A stretch of 25,189 bases of DNA from a virus (Duplodnaviria > Caudoviricetes), in the IMG/VR virus record IMGVR_UViG_3300038393_001469, positions 1 through 25,189 of that record. One strand, written 5' to 3'. The notes beneath the pieces were generated by a model. That model worked only from the letters and a program-made list of their open reading frames with translations, ran no database searches and was not told the origin of the DNA. This document shows, piece after piece, positions 1 to 8,708 of the stretch (the stretch's first letter is position 1; every line of letters begins with the position of its first letter). The translations under genes were made by a program, and so were the position numbers.

Positions 1-1
1 G

Positions 2-205
2 GATGCGCTCATCGGCGAGCACCTCACCCAGAACCCACGCCTCAAGGCAGCCCAGGCGGCGCCCGTCGGCGGAGCGGACTTCACCAGCACCGGAAGTGCC
101 GGCGGCCGCACCTTCACCCGCGCACAGATCGCCTCGCCGGAGTTCTTCCAGGCGAACAAGGCGGACATCCTCGACGCCCTCACCCACGGGCGCATCACAG
201 CCTAG
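2..205 (+). CDS. Capsid scaffolding protein, C-terminal part (5' truncated by window edge)
   Basis: Open frame 2 reads DALIGEHLTQNPRLKAAQAAPVGGADF...FFQANKADILDALTHGRITA* and ends at TAG 203-205, immediately upstream of the capsid gene. This is the usual scaffold position. Not in the ORF track because it has no start in the window. Confidence 0.7.
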   Translation, partial: DALIGEHLTQNPRLKAAQAAPVGGADFTSTGSAGGRTFTRAQIASPEFFQANKADILDALTHGRITA

Positions 206-218
206 GAGCTAGCCAACC

Positions 219-1136
219 ATGGCGAACATCACCAACACCACGGCCACGCCGTTCATCCCGGAGATCTGGGCCAACACGGCCCTCGAGGTGCTCCGCAACA
301 ACATCGTCCTCGCCCCCCTCGTGACGAAGGACACCGACATCACCGGCGCCTTCTCCGTCGGGTCCAAGCTGCACATCCCCTACCCGGGCACGTTCGTGGC
401 GAACGACAAGGCCGCCAACACGGCCGTCACGAAGCAGACCCCGACCTCGACCGACACCACGGTCACGCTGAACAAGCACAAGGAAGTCTCCTTCGTCATC
501 GAGGACTTCGCCCGCGCCCAGGCCAACCCGATCGCGATGCAGGCCTACATGGCCGCCGCGATCCCGGCCCTGGCCGAGCAGGTCGAGACGGACCTCTTCG
601 CGCTCTACTCGGCGTTCTCCACCACGCCGATCGGCACCTCGGGCACGGACCTCGCCGCGTCGGTGCTGCGGACCGCGAACAAGACCTTCACCGACAAGAA
701 GATCCCCCGCGGCAACCGCCACCTCGTCATCTCGACCAAGGACACGGCGTCGCTGCTCGGCGACTCCTCGCTCGCGTCGTTCTTCGCGTTCAACAACGGC
801 GCCCGCGGCGACATCGAGGCCGGCCTCGTCTCCTCGGACCTGTACGGCCTCAAGGTGCACGAGTCCCAGCTCGTCCCCGTCGTCGCCGGCACCCCGAACT
901 CGACCAAGTGCCTCGCGTTCGACCCGGGCGCGATGATCCTGGCCTCCCGCCGCCTGCCCGACGCCCCCGTCGGCACCGGCGTCGCCCAGGCCTCGGTCAC
1001 GGACCCCAAGTCGGGCCTCGTGCTGCGCGTCTCGCTGTCCTACAACGCGGACAACCTCGGCGTGCAGTGCACGACCGACGTCCTGTACGGCACGGCGAAG
1101 CTGCGCGACGAGAAGGCGTTCGTCGTCCTCTCCTAG
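219..1136 (+). CDS. Major capsid protein (P22-coat-like, HK97 fold)
   Basis: 305 aa with N-terminal FIPEIWA, GSKLHIP, TLNKHKEVSFVIED and C-terminal DVLYGTAKLR. Strong C/G third-position bias, AGGAG RBS, first gene of the head-tail module. Confidence 0.9.
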   Translation: MANITNTTATPFIPEIWANTALEVLRNNIVLAPLVTKDTDITGAFSVGSKLHIPYPGTFVANDKAANTAVTKQTPTSTDTTVTLNKHKEVSFVIEDFARAQANPIAMQAYMAAAIPALAEQVETDLFALYSAFSTTPIGTSGTDLAASVLRTANKTFTDKKIPRGNRHLVISTKDTASLLGDSSLASFFAFNNGARGDIEAGLVSSDLYGLKVHESQLVPVVAGTPNSTKCLAFDPGAMILASRRLPDAPVGTGVAQASVTDPKSGLVLRVSLSYNADNLGVQCTTDVLYGTAKLRDEKAFVVLS

Positions 1137-1143
1137 CAGTCCC

Positions 1144-1183
1144 GATTGCACAGGGGTTCCGGCAGCGGAACCCCTGTGCAATC
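1144..1183. repeat. Perfect 18-bp inverted repeat with 4-nt loop
   Basis: GATTGCACAGGGGTTCCG-gcag-CGGAACCCCTGTGCAATC, 7 nt after the capsid stop codon. No U-tract follows. Confidence 0.95.
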
Positions 1184-1226
1184 ACCCCCGAACCACACCC
1201 ACCCGGAAGTCCCAGGAGGACCACCC

Positions 1227-1514
1227 ATGGCCGTCTACGTCCGCAACGCCTACGGCGTCGTCCACTCCGTCACCGAGGCCGACTACGAGAAGTACCTCAC
1301 CCAGCGCTCCGACAACGGCCAGCTGTACCCCCTGCCCGGGTGGGCCGTCATCGACGAGGACGAGGCCCGCGCCGCCCACCCCCAGCTGTTCGGCGCCCCC
1401 GACCCCAACGTCGTGCCGAACCTGGCCGAGATCAAGCTCGAGCGGGAGCGCCTCGCCCTCCGCCGTGAGATCGAGGCCGAGGCCGCCGCCGTGGCCAAGC
1501 CCCGCACCAAGTAG
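1227..1514 (+). CDS. Small head-associated hypothetical protein (95 aa)
   Basis: ATG at 1227 after GGAGGA. Sequence MAVYVRNAYGVVHSVTEADYEKYL... with host-like codon usage. In the same frame as the capsid gene. Confidence 0.75.
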   Translation: MAVYVRNAYGVVHSVTEADYEKYLTQRSDNGQLYPLPGWAVIDEDEARAAHPQLFGAPDPNVVPNLAEIKLERERLALRREIEAEAAAVAKPRTK

Positions 1515-1526
1515 CAGGAGGACCCC

Positions 1527-1961
1527 GTGACGCTCGTCTACGCCACCAGTGGCGACCTCGCCGCGTGGACCGGCACCACGGCCCCCGCCAACGCCACCAG
1601 CCTGCTCCGTTCGGCGTCCCTGCTGGTGCGCGACGCGACGGCCTCGGCGTTCTACGCCGCCGACACCACCGGCCTCCCCACCGACGCGGGCACGCTGCAG
1701 GCGTTCAACGACGCGACCTGCGCCCAGGCCGCCTACTGGGCCGCCAACGGCATCGACCCCGCCGCCGGCGCCCTGCCCACGGCCGGGGTGCTGCGGGGGA
1801 AGAAGATCGGGTCCGCGTCGCTGGACTACGACACCGCCGCCGCCGTCAACCCCGCCGTCCTCGCGGCGAGGATGGACTCGGTGGAGAACCTCGTCCCCGA
1901 GGCGGCCCGGATCCTCCGCGCCGCCGGGGTGAACACCTACGGCCCGTGGATCGTCGGATGA
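1527..1961 (+). CDS. Head-to-tail adaptor
   Basis: Starts with YATxxDL, has ATCAQAAYW and KIGSASLDY, and ends with a PEAxxILxxAG-like motif. Position after the capsid gene fits. Confidence 0.8.
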   Translation: MTLVYATSGDLAAWTGTTAPANATSLLRSASLLVRDATASAFYAADTTGLPTDAGTLQAFNDATCAQAAYWAANGIDPAAGALPTAGVLRGKKIGSASLDYDTAAAVNPAVLAARMDSVENLVPEAARILRAAGVNTYGPWIVG

Positions 1962-2338
1962 GCGGCGGTATCGAGGACTTCTTCGTCCACACCGTCACGG
2001 TGGAGACCTACGCCGGGGCCGGTGCGAACGGGCCCGTGTACGAGGCCCCCGCCACGGTCACCTGCTACCTCGACTCCTCCACCCAGCTCGTCCGCTCGGG
2101 GACGGGGGAGCAGGTCGTCTCCTCCACCCGCGTCTACTGCGCGGTGGCGGATGCGTGGCGGTTCACCCCGGACAGCCGGGTCACCCAGCCCGCCCCGGCG
2201 ATCTACCCCTCGGATGCGGTGTACCCGGAGTCGGCCCTGTGGCCGCCGGCGGACCGGGCTGCGCAGGTCATCACGACCAACCAGCTCGACGCCCCCGGCC
2301 TCGGCCTGCCCGAGCACACCGTCGTCTACCTCACCTAG
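1958..2338 (+). CDS. Head-to-tail stopper / head closure protein
   Basis: ATGA overlap with the adaptor. MSGGIEDFFVHTVTVETYAGAGANGPVY...LVRSGTGEQVVSS...TPDSRVT...LPEHTVVYLT matches the actinophage stopper pattern. Confidence 0.8.
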   Translation: MSGGIEDFFVHTVTVETYAGAGANGPVYEAPATVTCYLDSSTQLVRSGTGEQVVSSTRVYCAVADAWRFTPDSRVTQPAPAIYPSDAVYPESALWPPADRAAQVITTNQLDAPGLGLPEHTVVYLT

Positions 2339-2348
2339 GAGACACACT

Positions 2349-2696
2349 GTGGGCGAGTTCGCGATCCACCTGCAGCAGGTCACCGCCGACGTCATCGCCG
2401 CCATCCCCGACGCCGCCCAGAAGGGCATGCAGCACCTCCACGAGGCCGCCGTCGCCAAGGCCCCCGTCGAGACCGGCCACCTCGCCGCCTCGGCCGAGGT
2501 CAAGGTCCACGACGACGGCGCCGAGGTCTACTTCCCCGGGCCCTACGCCCGCTACCAGGAGTACGGCGTCTCCCACCACGGCAAGGCCCTCCGCCATGAG
2601 GTGGGGCAGTCGTTCTACCTCGTGACCTCCCTCGTGCAGGAGACCCCCAAGGTGCTGCAGATCGTCACCGAGGAACTCGCAAAGCACTACGACTAG
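2349..2696 (+). CDS. Neck / tail-completion protein (HK97 gp10-like)
   Basis: GTG after TAGGAG. Contains APVETGHLAAS, PYARYQEYG and GQSFYL motifs. Confidence 0.75.
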   Translation: MGEFAIHLQQVTADVIAAIPDAAQKGMQHLHEAAVAKAPVETGHLAASAEVKVHDDGAEVYFPGPYARYQEYGVSHHGKALRHEVGQSFYLVTSLVQETPKVLQIVTEELAKHYD

Positions 2697-2708
2697 AATG
2701 GGCGGACC

Positions 2709-3167
2709 ATGGCCACCAGTACCCGCGACCTGCTCACGGGCCTCGCGTCCACGATCGCGGGCTCCGGCATCGGCACCTACCGTGCCGACGGGACCCCGTA
2801 TGCGGCGGGGGAGACGGCCATCACCTTCCACGACTCGCCGCCGTCCCCTGACCGGGTGATCATGATGATGGTCGTGCCATTGACGGACGCGGCCGTGATC
2901 CCTTTGGGGCAGTGGCTCGTGCAGTTCTACTTCCGCGGCGTCCCCGGCGACCCTCTGGATGTGGACGACCTCGGCGATGCCGTGTTCGACCTGCTCCACG
3001 GCGCCCGCGACCTCACCCTCGGGTCCACGCATGTGATCCAGTGCCTGCGGCAGAACAGCATCGGCAACGGGCAGGACCCGGCCCGCCGGTGGACCCGGAT
3101 CGACCGGTACGTCCTCGACCTCGACGTCGCCGCGACGGCCAACCGCCCCGCCGGCGGCTGGGACTAG
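2709..3167 (+). CDS. Tail terminator protein
   Basis: 152 aa immediately before the tail tube gene. Contains PPSPDRVI, VQFYFRG, DAVFDLLHG and GQDPARRW. Confidence 0.75.
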   Translation: MATSTRDLLTGLASTIAGSGIGTYRADGTPYAAGETAITFHDSPPSPDRVIMMMVVPLTDAAVIPLGQWLVQFYFRGVPGDPLDVDDLGDAVFDLLHGARDLTLGSTHVIQCLRQNSIGNGQDPARRWTRIDRYVLDLDVAATANRPAGGWD

Positions 3168-3212
3168 CACCACGGGCCGTATGGGCCCGCACAACTCCAT
3201 ATAACCCCCTCT

Positions 3213-3247
3213 GAGCCCCACGCCTCCCGGCTGGGGCTCTTCCATTT
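3213..3247 (+). terminator. Stem-loop with U-rich tail upstream of the tail tube gene (terminator/attenuator-like)
   Basis: GAGCCCCA (3213-3220) pairs with TGGGGCTC (3232-3239), followed by TTCCATTT. Confidence 0.45.
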
Positions 3248-3277
3248 GCCCGGAACAGCCCCACGGAGGCACCCACC

Positions 3278-3976
3278 ATGACCGTCGCCCTCGCACGCCG
3301 CTTCAAGCTCGACGTCTCCACCGACAACAGCACCTGGCTCCCCTTCAAGGGCATCCAGGACCTCAACTCCTCCGAGACCCCCACCCTGCAGGCCGCCGAC
3401 AACTACGACTCCAACGGCTTCGCCGCCTTCGAGAAGACCCTCACCGGCGTCAAGATCGTCGTCAAGGCCCAGCGCGTCCTCACCTCCGGCGGGGCGTTCG
3501 ACCCCGGCCAGGAGCAGGTCCGCCAGACCCGCTTCCAGTTCGGCACCTCCGCCCGCATCTACGTGCGCTGGTACGACCGCAACGGCGCCTCCGAGGCGTA
3601 CAGCGGGTACTTCCTCGTGGACTGGCAGGCGTCCAAGACGGGCGTGTCGGACATCGAGGAGATCACCGTCACCTTCACCGCCGACGGCGTCGTGTCCCCG
3701 ATCACGAACCCGGCCACGTCCCCGGCCGTCCCCGTCATCATCTCCGCCACCCCCACCGGCGCGGCCGCTGGTGCCATGGTGCGGATCTCGGGCGCGTACT
3801 TCACCGGCGCGACCGCCGCCGGGGTCAAGTTCGGCGGCACCGCGGCCACGTCCATCGACGTCATCTCCGACTCCACCATCGAGGCCCTCGTCCCCGCCGG
3901 CACGGCCGGGTCGGCCCCGATCACGGTCACGAACGGCGCCGGCACCTCGGCCAGCTTCGCCTACACCCGCGGCTAG
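3278..3976 (+). CDS. Major tail (tube) protein with C-terminal IPT/TIG Ig-like domain
   Basis: N-terminal LARRFKLDV...DNYDSNG...DPGQE...VRWYDRNG tube domain. C-terminal PVIISATP...VRISGAYFTGA...VKFGGT...SDSTI...VPAG fits an IPT/TIG domain. GGAGG RBS. Confidence 0.85.
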   Translation: MTVALARRFKLDVSTDNSTWLPFKGIQDLNSSETPTLQAADNYDSNGFAAFEKTLTGVKIVVKAQRVLTSGGAFDPGQEQVRQTRFQFGTSARIYVRWYDRNGASEAYSGYFLVDWQASKTGVSDIEEITVTFTADGVVSPITNPATSPAVPVIISATPTGAAAGAMVRISGAYFTGATAAGVKFGGTAATSIDVISDSTIEALVPAGTAGSAPITVTNGAGTSASFAYTRG

Positions 3977-3993
3977 GCCCTAGCCCCCAGACC

Positions 3994-4030
3994 CCCTCCC
4001 CGCCGTGCGGTGGTTCCGCGGCGGGGAGGG
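3994..4030 (+). other. GC-rich stem-loop after the tail tube gene
   Basis: CCCTCCCCGCC (3994-4004) pairs with GGCGGGGAGGG (4020-4030), with an inner GCGG/CCGC stem. Confidence 0.8.
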
Positions 4031-4079
4031 CGCCACCCCCAGGAACCACACCGGACCACCACAGAAGGAACCACCACCC

Positions 4080-4544
4080 ATGGGCTTCGCACCGCTCGAG
4101 GAGATCGAGGGCCCCATCGTCCTCCCGCTCCGCGGCAGGGAGTACACCCTGCCCGTCATCAGCTTCGAGCAGGGCCTCGCCCTGCAGGCACGCATCACCG
4201 AAGGCATCACCCCCGGCGAGCTCGCCGCCGAGCTCCTCGGCGACGTCCTCACCGAACTCGCACAGGCCGGCGCGTCCCCCGAGCTCATCCAGCGCGTCAC
4301 CATGGTCGCCCTCGCCGAATGGAAGTTCGGGCGCTCCGCAGCCGAAGAGGCGTGGCGCGACCCAAAAGCGCCGCTGGAACTCATCAAGGTCCTCAGGCAG
4401 GCGTACGAGGCGGCCCGGACGACCCCCACGGACGGGGCGACTACGACGCCGCCACCGGCCTCTGGGAATGGTACGAGGAAGACCCCGGCGAAGGCCACGC
4501 CGTCACGTGGGAAGCGATCCTCGGACACTGGCCGCTCCTCGTAG
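4080..4544 (+). CDS. Tail assembly chaperone (G-like)
   Basis: ATG at 4080 after AAGGA. MGFAPLEEIEGPIVLPLRGREYTLPVIS... Lies between the tube and tape measure genes. Confidence 0.8.
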   Translation: MGFAPLEEIEGPIVLPLRGREYTLPVISFEQGLALQARITEGITPGELAAELLGDVLTELAQAGASPELIQRVTMVALAEWKFGRSAAEEAWRDPKAPLELIKVLRQAYEAARTTPTDGATTTPPPASGNGTRKTPAKATPSRGKRSSDTGRSS

Positions 4545-4708
4545 CCGACTTCGCCGAGCACTACGGCATCAGGCTCCGGGCCCGCCCGCCCATGACGTGG
4601 GCGGAGTTCCGCGACCTGGTCGAGGGGCTCCTCGCCTGCGACTCCCGCCTGTACCGGGCCACCCGGCCCCCGGAGCCCGAGCCCGAGGCGCCGCCCCTGT
4701 TCTCCTGA
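4361..4708 (+). CDS. Tail assembly chaperone T segment, reached by -1 frameshift (GT fusion from 4080)
   Basis: Slippery heptamer C CCA AAA at 4361-4367 is in register with the G frame. The -1 frame is open to 4708 and encodes WEAILGHWPLLVADFAEHYGIRL...MTWAEFRDLVEGLL...SRL, typical of T segments. Confidence 0.75.
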   Translation, partial: PKSAAGTHQGPQAGVRGGPDDPHGRGDYDAATGLWEWYEEDPGEGHAVTWEAILGHWPLLVADFAEHYGIRLRARPPMTWAEFRDLVEGLLACDSRLYRATRPPEPEPEAPPLFS

Positions 4709-4721
4709 GAGGAAACCCGCC

Positions 4722-7472
4722 GTGTCCAGTGAGGGTCCCACCACCGTAGGCTCCATCAACGCCCGCCTGACCCTCAACGCCGACGACTTCGAGCGGGGGA
4801 TGCGGACGGCGGGGGAGCAGGCCGACCGGCTCGACGGGCGCAACGTCAACGTCGATGTCCACGCGAACACGGCCGAGGCGATCGCCGGGCTCCGCGAGCT
4901 GGAGATGGCGGAGAACCGCCTCCGCATCGCCCAGCTCAACCTCGACGACGCCAACACCCGCGGCGGGGCGACGGAGCAGCAGCGCCTCCGCGCCCAGAAC
5001 GCCCTCATCGCGGCGGAGGACCGGTACGACCGGGCCCTGCAGGCCCGGCAGCAGGCCGTCCGCGACGCGACCGAGGCCGAACGCGCCGCCGCCGCCGCCA
5101 CTGACGGCAGCGCCGCCGCGACGGACCGGGACACCTCCTCCACGAAGCAGAACGCGGACGCGAGGAAGTCCCAGTTCTCGTGGATCCAGGCATTCCTCGC
5201 CGCCTCCCCGCTGCTGCTCGCCGGCGCCGACTCGATCGCGGCCGCCGCGGTCGGCATGGGAACCTCGCTGACCATCATGGGCGCGGCCGGTGCCGCCGCC
5301 ATCGCGGGCATCAAGGACGAGATGTCCCAGGGCACGGTCACCGGGCAGGTGTACACCGACCAGCTCGCCATGCTCAAGACCGGCCTCGACCAGCTCGAGC
5401 AGACCGCCGCGCAGCAGTTCCTCGCCCAGTTCTCCGGCGCCGCCGAGGATGTGAACCGGGCCATGCCCGTCCTCAACCAGCTCGTCGGCGAGGGCGCACA
5501 GGCTCTGGGCAACATGGGCCGCAGCGTCGTGGACGGGCTCCTGACCGGGCTGGAGAACATGCAGCCCCTCATCACGGCCGGGTCGGAGGCCCTGCAGCAG
5601 TTCGTGGGCTGGCTCGCGGGCCTGACCGCGGACAACGGCTTCTCCCAGTTCGTCGCCTACGCGACCGCGCAGATGCCCGGCGTGCTGCACCTGCTGGAGT
5701 CCCTCGTGACTCTGGCCGGGAACATCCTCGCCGCATTCGCCCCGCTCGGCCCCGGCGTCGTCGCCGTCCTCTCCGGCATCTCCGACGTCCTGAACGCCCT
5801 GCCCCTGCCGGTCCTCGCCGGGCTCGTGCAGACCGCCCTCATCATGCCCACCACGTTCAAGCTCGCCGGCGCGGCCGTGGCGACCTTCGGCACCGAGGTC
5901 GCGGGCGCGGAGGGCGCCATGACCCTCTTCGGGATCTCCGCCAACCTCGCCATCCCGGTCGTCGGGATCCTCACCGCGGCACTGGCCGGGCTGGCGATCG
6001 GCTTCATGTCCTCGGCCGCCTCGCAGCAGCAGGCCATCCCGTCCGCTAACGCCTACGCGGATGCGCTCGAGCGGGACAACAACGCCATCGGCGAGAACAC
6101 CACGAAGCTGGCCGAGCACAACCTCGCCCAGGCCGGGGCGTACGACGCCCTCGGCAAGCTCGGCCTCGGCTACGACACCCTCACCCAGGCCGTCACGGGC
6201 AACGCGGACGCGCTGCACATCGTGCAGGACGCCATCAACCAGGCCAACGACAAGTACAGCACGGCCGCGGCCAACGCGAAGGTCTCCGGGCTCAAGATCC
6301 AGCAGTCCATCCTCGACCAGAAGGCCGCCGCGGACCTCCTCGGCCCGGCCATGAACCAGACCGCGCAGGCGATCCAGCAGCAGCTGCACGTCAACCAGCA
6401 GTACGCGGCCGTGTCCAAGCAGGCCACGCAGGCGGACATCGACAAGGCCTACGCCTCGCAGAACGCCGCCGACGTGCTCGGGACCACCTCCGCGGCCATC
6501 GACACGGCCACGGACGCCCAGCAGAAGCAGGCCGACGCCGCCCAGCAGGCCATGGTCAAGATGCAGCTGGAGAACGACGCGGCAGGCATCCTCAAGACCA
6601 CCCTCGACGGGCTCAACGGCAAGGCCCTCTCCGCGGCGCAGGCGCAGAACGCCTTCGACTCGCAGCTGGCCAACATGGGCACGCACGTGGACAAGGTCGG
6701 CAAGACCATCCACTTCACCACCAACAACATCGGCGACATGTCGGCGGCGTCGGTGGCCCTGCGCGGCCAGCTCAACTCCCAGGTCTCCGCCCTCGAGCAG
6801 GTCATCGAGGCCAACGGCGGCATGGACAACGCGACCGGGCAGGCGAAGGCGCAGATGGAGAAGATGCGCCAGCAGATCATCGACAACGCGGTCGCGCACG
6901 GCGTGGACCGGGACGCGGTCACACAGTACATCGACAAGATCCTGCAGATCCCCGCCTCCGTGCCGCCCACGAAGATCGAGGCCGACACAGCCGCGGCCGA
7001 GGCGGCCCTCGCCCGGGTGCAGGCCGCCATCGCGGCCATCCACGACAAGACCGTCACCATCACCACCGTCAACACCGGCGGCGGGGAGAACGCCCCCGGC
7101 ACCGCCGGCGGCGGCATGGTGCACGCCAACGCGCACGGCGGCTGGGCCGGCACCGGCCCCGCCTACTTCGCCTCCGGCGGGTCCGCGTCCCGGTACGCGA
7201 GGGGCACAGACACGATCCCAACCATGCTGTCCCCGGGCGAGTTCACCGTCAACGCCACCGCCGCGTCCCGCGTCGGCGCCCCGGCGCTGGACTACATCAA
7301 CCGCACCGGCCAGCTCCCCCCCGGCGGGGGAGGCGAGCCCATGGCCCTGACCGTCTACGTGCAGAACCCCTTCACCGGCGAGCAGGTCCGCGCCACCGTG
7401 CAGTCCGTGGCCCGGGCCGAGATCGGCGCCGCGGTCCGCGACGCCGCCGCCATGCGCCCCGGACTCGGATAG
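4722..7472 (+). CDS. Tape measure protein
   Basis: 916 aa, Ala/Gln-rich and helical. N-terminal VGSINARLTLNADDF, hydrophobic middle, C-terminal FASGG...GTDTIPTMLSPGEFTVN motif. Confidence 0.92.
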   Translation: MSSEGPTTVGSINARLTLNADDFERGMRTAGEQADRLDGRNVNVDVHANTAEAIAGLRELEMAENRLRIAQLNLDDANTRGGATEQQRLRAQNALIAAEDRYDRALQARQQAVRDATEAERAAAAATDGSAAATDRDTSSTKQNADARKSQFSWIQAFLAASPLLLAGADSIAAAAVGMGTSLTIMGAAGAAAIAGIKDEMSQGTVTGQVYTDQLAMLKTGLDQLEQTAAQQFLAQFSGAAEDVNRAMPVLNQLVGEGAQALGNMGRSVVDGLLTGLENMQPLITAGSEALQQFVGWLAGLTADNGFSQFVAYATAQMPGVLHLLESLVTLAGNILAAFAPLGPGVVAVLSGISDVLNALPLPVLAGLVQTALIMPTTFKLAGAAVATFGTEVAGAEGAMTLFGISANLAIPVVGILTAALAGLAIGFMSSAASQQQAIPSANAYADALERDNNAIGENTTKLAEHNLAQAGAYDALGKLGLGYDTLTQAVTGNADALHIVQDAINQANDKYSTAAANAKVSGLKIQQSILDQKAAADLLGPAMNQTAQAIQQQLHVNQQYAAVSKQATQADIDKAYASQNAADVLGTTSAAIDTATDAQQKQADAAQQAMVKMQLENDAAGILKTTLDGLNGKALSAAQAQNAFDSQLANMGTHVDKVGKTIHFTTNNIGDMSAASVALRGQLNSQVSALEQVIEANGGMDNATGQAKAQMEKMRQQIIDNAVAHGVDRDAVTQYIDKILQIPASVPPTKIEADTAAAEAALARVQAAIAAIHDKTVTITTVNTGGGENAPGTAGGGMVHANAHGGWAGTGPAYFASGGSASRYARGTDTIPTMLSPGEFTVNATAASRVGAPALDYINRTGQLPPGGGGEPMALTVYVQNPFTGEQVRATVQSVARAEIGAAVRDAAAMRPGLG

Positions 7473-7480
7473 GAGCCCCC

Positions 7481-8350
7481 ATGGCCACCCTCACCCTCGC
7501 CACCGCCACCGACGCCCCCTGCCCCCGCATCACCATCACCGTCACCGGCCTCACCGCCGGATCCGACAACACCGTCAACCTGTGGCGCACCGCCGACGGG
7601 GAACGCGCCGCCGTCCGCGGCACCCGCGGCCTCACCGTCAACGGCTCCACCGCCGTCACCGACTACGAGGCACCCCTCGGCCGCACCGTCGCCTACGACC
7701 TCGAGGTCACCGCCGGCCCCGACACCGGCACCGCCACCACCACCGCCACCGCGACCCTGACCCCGCCGGTGGACGCGGGCGGGAAGCCCACCTGGTGGAT
7801 CCAGGACCCCCTCGTCCCCGGCTCCGCCATCCCGCTCGCGGTAACCCGCGGCGACTCGTCCATGCCCTACCTGACCGCCGCCGCCGTCAAGGCCCTCGAG
7901 TACGACTCGTCGGTCAGCATCATCCCCGTCCTCGGCTCCGCGCACCCGGTGGCGATCGGGGGGCAGCGGCTCGCCGCCGCGGGCGTGGACTTCTCCATGT
8001 TCACCAACACCGCCCAGGCCACCACGGACCTGCGCGACCTGCTCGCCCAGGCCGCCACGATCCTCGTCCGGCCCCCGAACACGGGCCGGGAGGCCGGGGT
8101 GCCGGGCCTGTTCTACGCGGCCGTGCCCAAGGCCGTCGAGCAGCCCGTCACCATCGCCTTCGGCGGGTCGCTGACCAAGTGGCAGCTGACCGGGGCCGGG
8201 GTCGCCGCCCCCACCGCGTCCATCCTCGTCCCCATCTGGACGTACGGGGCCGTGGCGGGGGTGTGGTCAGACTACCAGTCCGCGCAGACCGCCTACTCGG
8301 GCAACGGCGACACCTACCTCGACGTCCTCAAGTCCCCCACCGGATCCTAG
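7481..8350 (+). CDS. Minor tail protein (distal-tail position)
   Basis: First gene after the tape measure. VTDYEAPLGRTVAY and WIQDPLVP motifs typical of actinophage minor tail proteins. Confidence 0.75.
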   Translation: MATLTLATATDAPCPRITITVTGLTAGSDNTVNLWRTADGERAAVRGTRGLTVNGSTAVTDYEAPLGRTVAYDLEVTAGPDTGTATTTATATLTPPVDAGGKPTWWIQDPLVPGSAIPLAVTRGDSSMPYLTAAAVKALEYDSSVSIIPVLGSAHPVAIGGQRLAAAGVDFSMFTNTAQATTDLRDLLAQAATILVRPPNTGREAGVPGLFYAAVPKAVEQPVTIAFGGSLTKWQLTGAGVAAPTASILVPIWTYGAVAGVWSDYQSAQTAYSGNGDTYLDVLKSPTGS

Positions 8351-8360
8351 GAGCCGCACC

Positions 8361-8699
8361 TTGCCCATCACCAAAGGACTCTTCGCGGGGACCGTCACCT
8401 TCGGCGCCACCCCGACCACCTCGGCCGGGTACCCGGTGGGCGACCGCGACACCCTCAGCGTCTTCCTCGACCTCACCGCCACCTCCGGCACGTCCCCGTC
8501 CCTCGTCCTCGAGGTGCAGTGGTCCATGGACGGGTCCACATGGGCCAGCGCCGAACCGTCGGACGCCTTCGACCCGCTCACCGCCCCGGTCGCGGTGGTG
8601 CGGAACTTCACGGTCAAGGCCCCGTACTTCCGCATCTCGATCACCGTCACCGGGTCCAACACCCCCACCTTCACGGGGACCGTGAACGCCTACCTCTAG
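8361..8699 (+). CDS. Small beta-rich virion protein (112 aa)
   Basis: TTG after TAGGAG. LDLTATSGTSPSLVLEVQWSMDGSTW...PYFRI suggests a beta-sandwich. Lies inside the tail module. Confidence 0.65.
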   Translation: MPITKGLFAGTVTFGATPTTSAGYPVGDRDTLSVFLDLTATSGTSPSLVLEVQWSMDGSTWASAEPSDAFDPLTAPVAVVRNFTVKAPYFRISITVTGSNTPTFTGTVNAYL

Positions 8700-8708
8700 G
8701 AGCCGGCC

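Noticed and set aside
3974-4360. Tail tube TAG readthrough into the chaperone T frame
   Set aside because: The frame is open, but the intervening translation is Arg/Pro-rich off-frame sequence, and the -1 frameshift already explains T.
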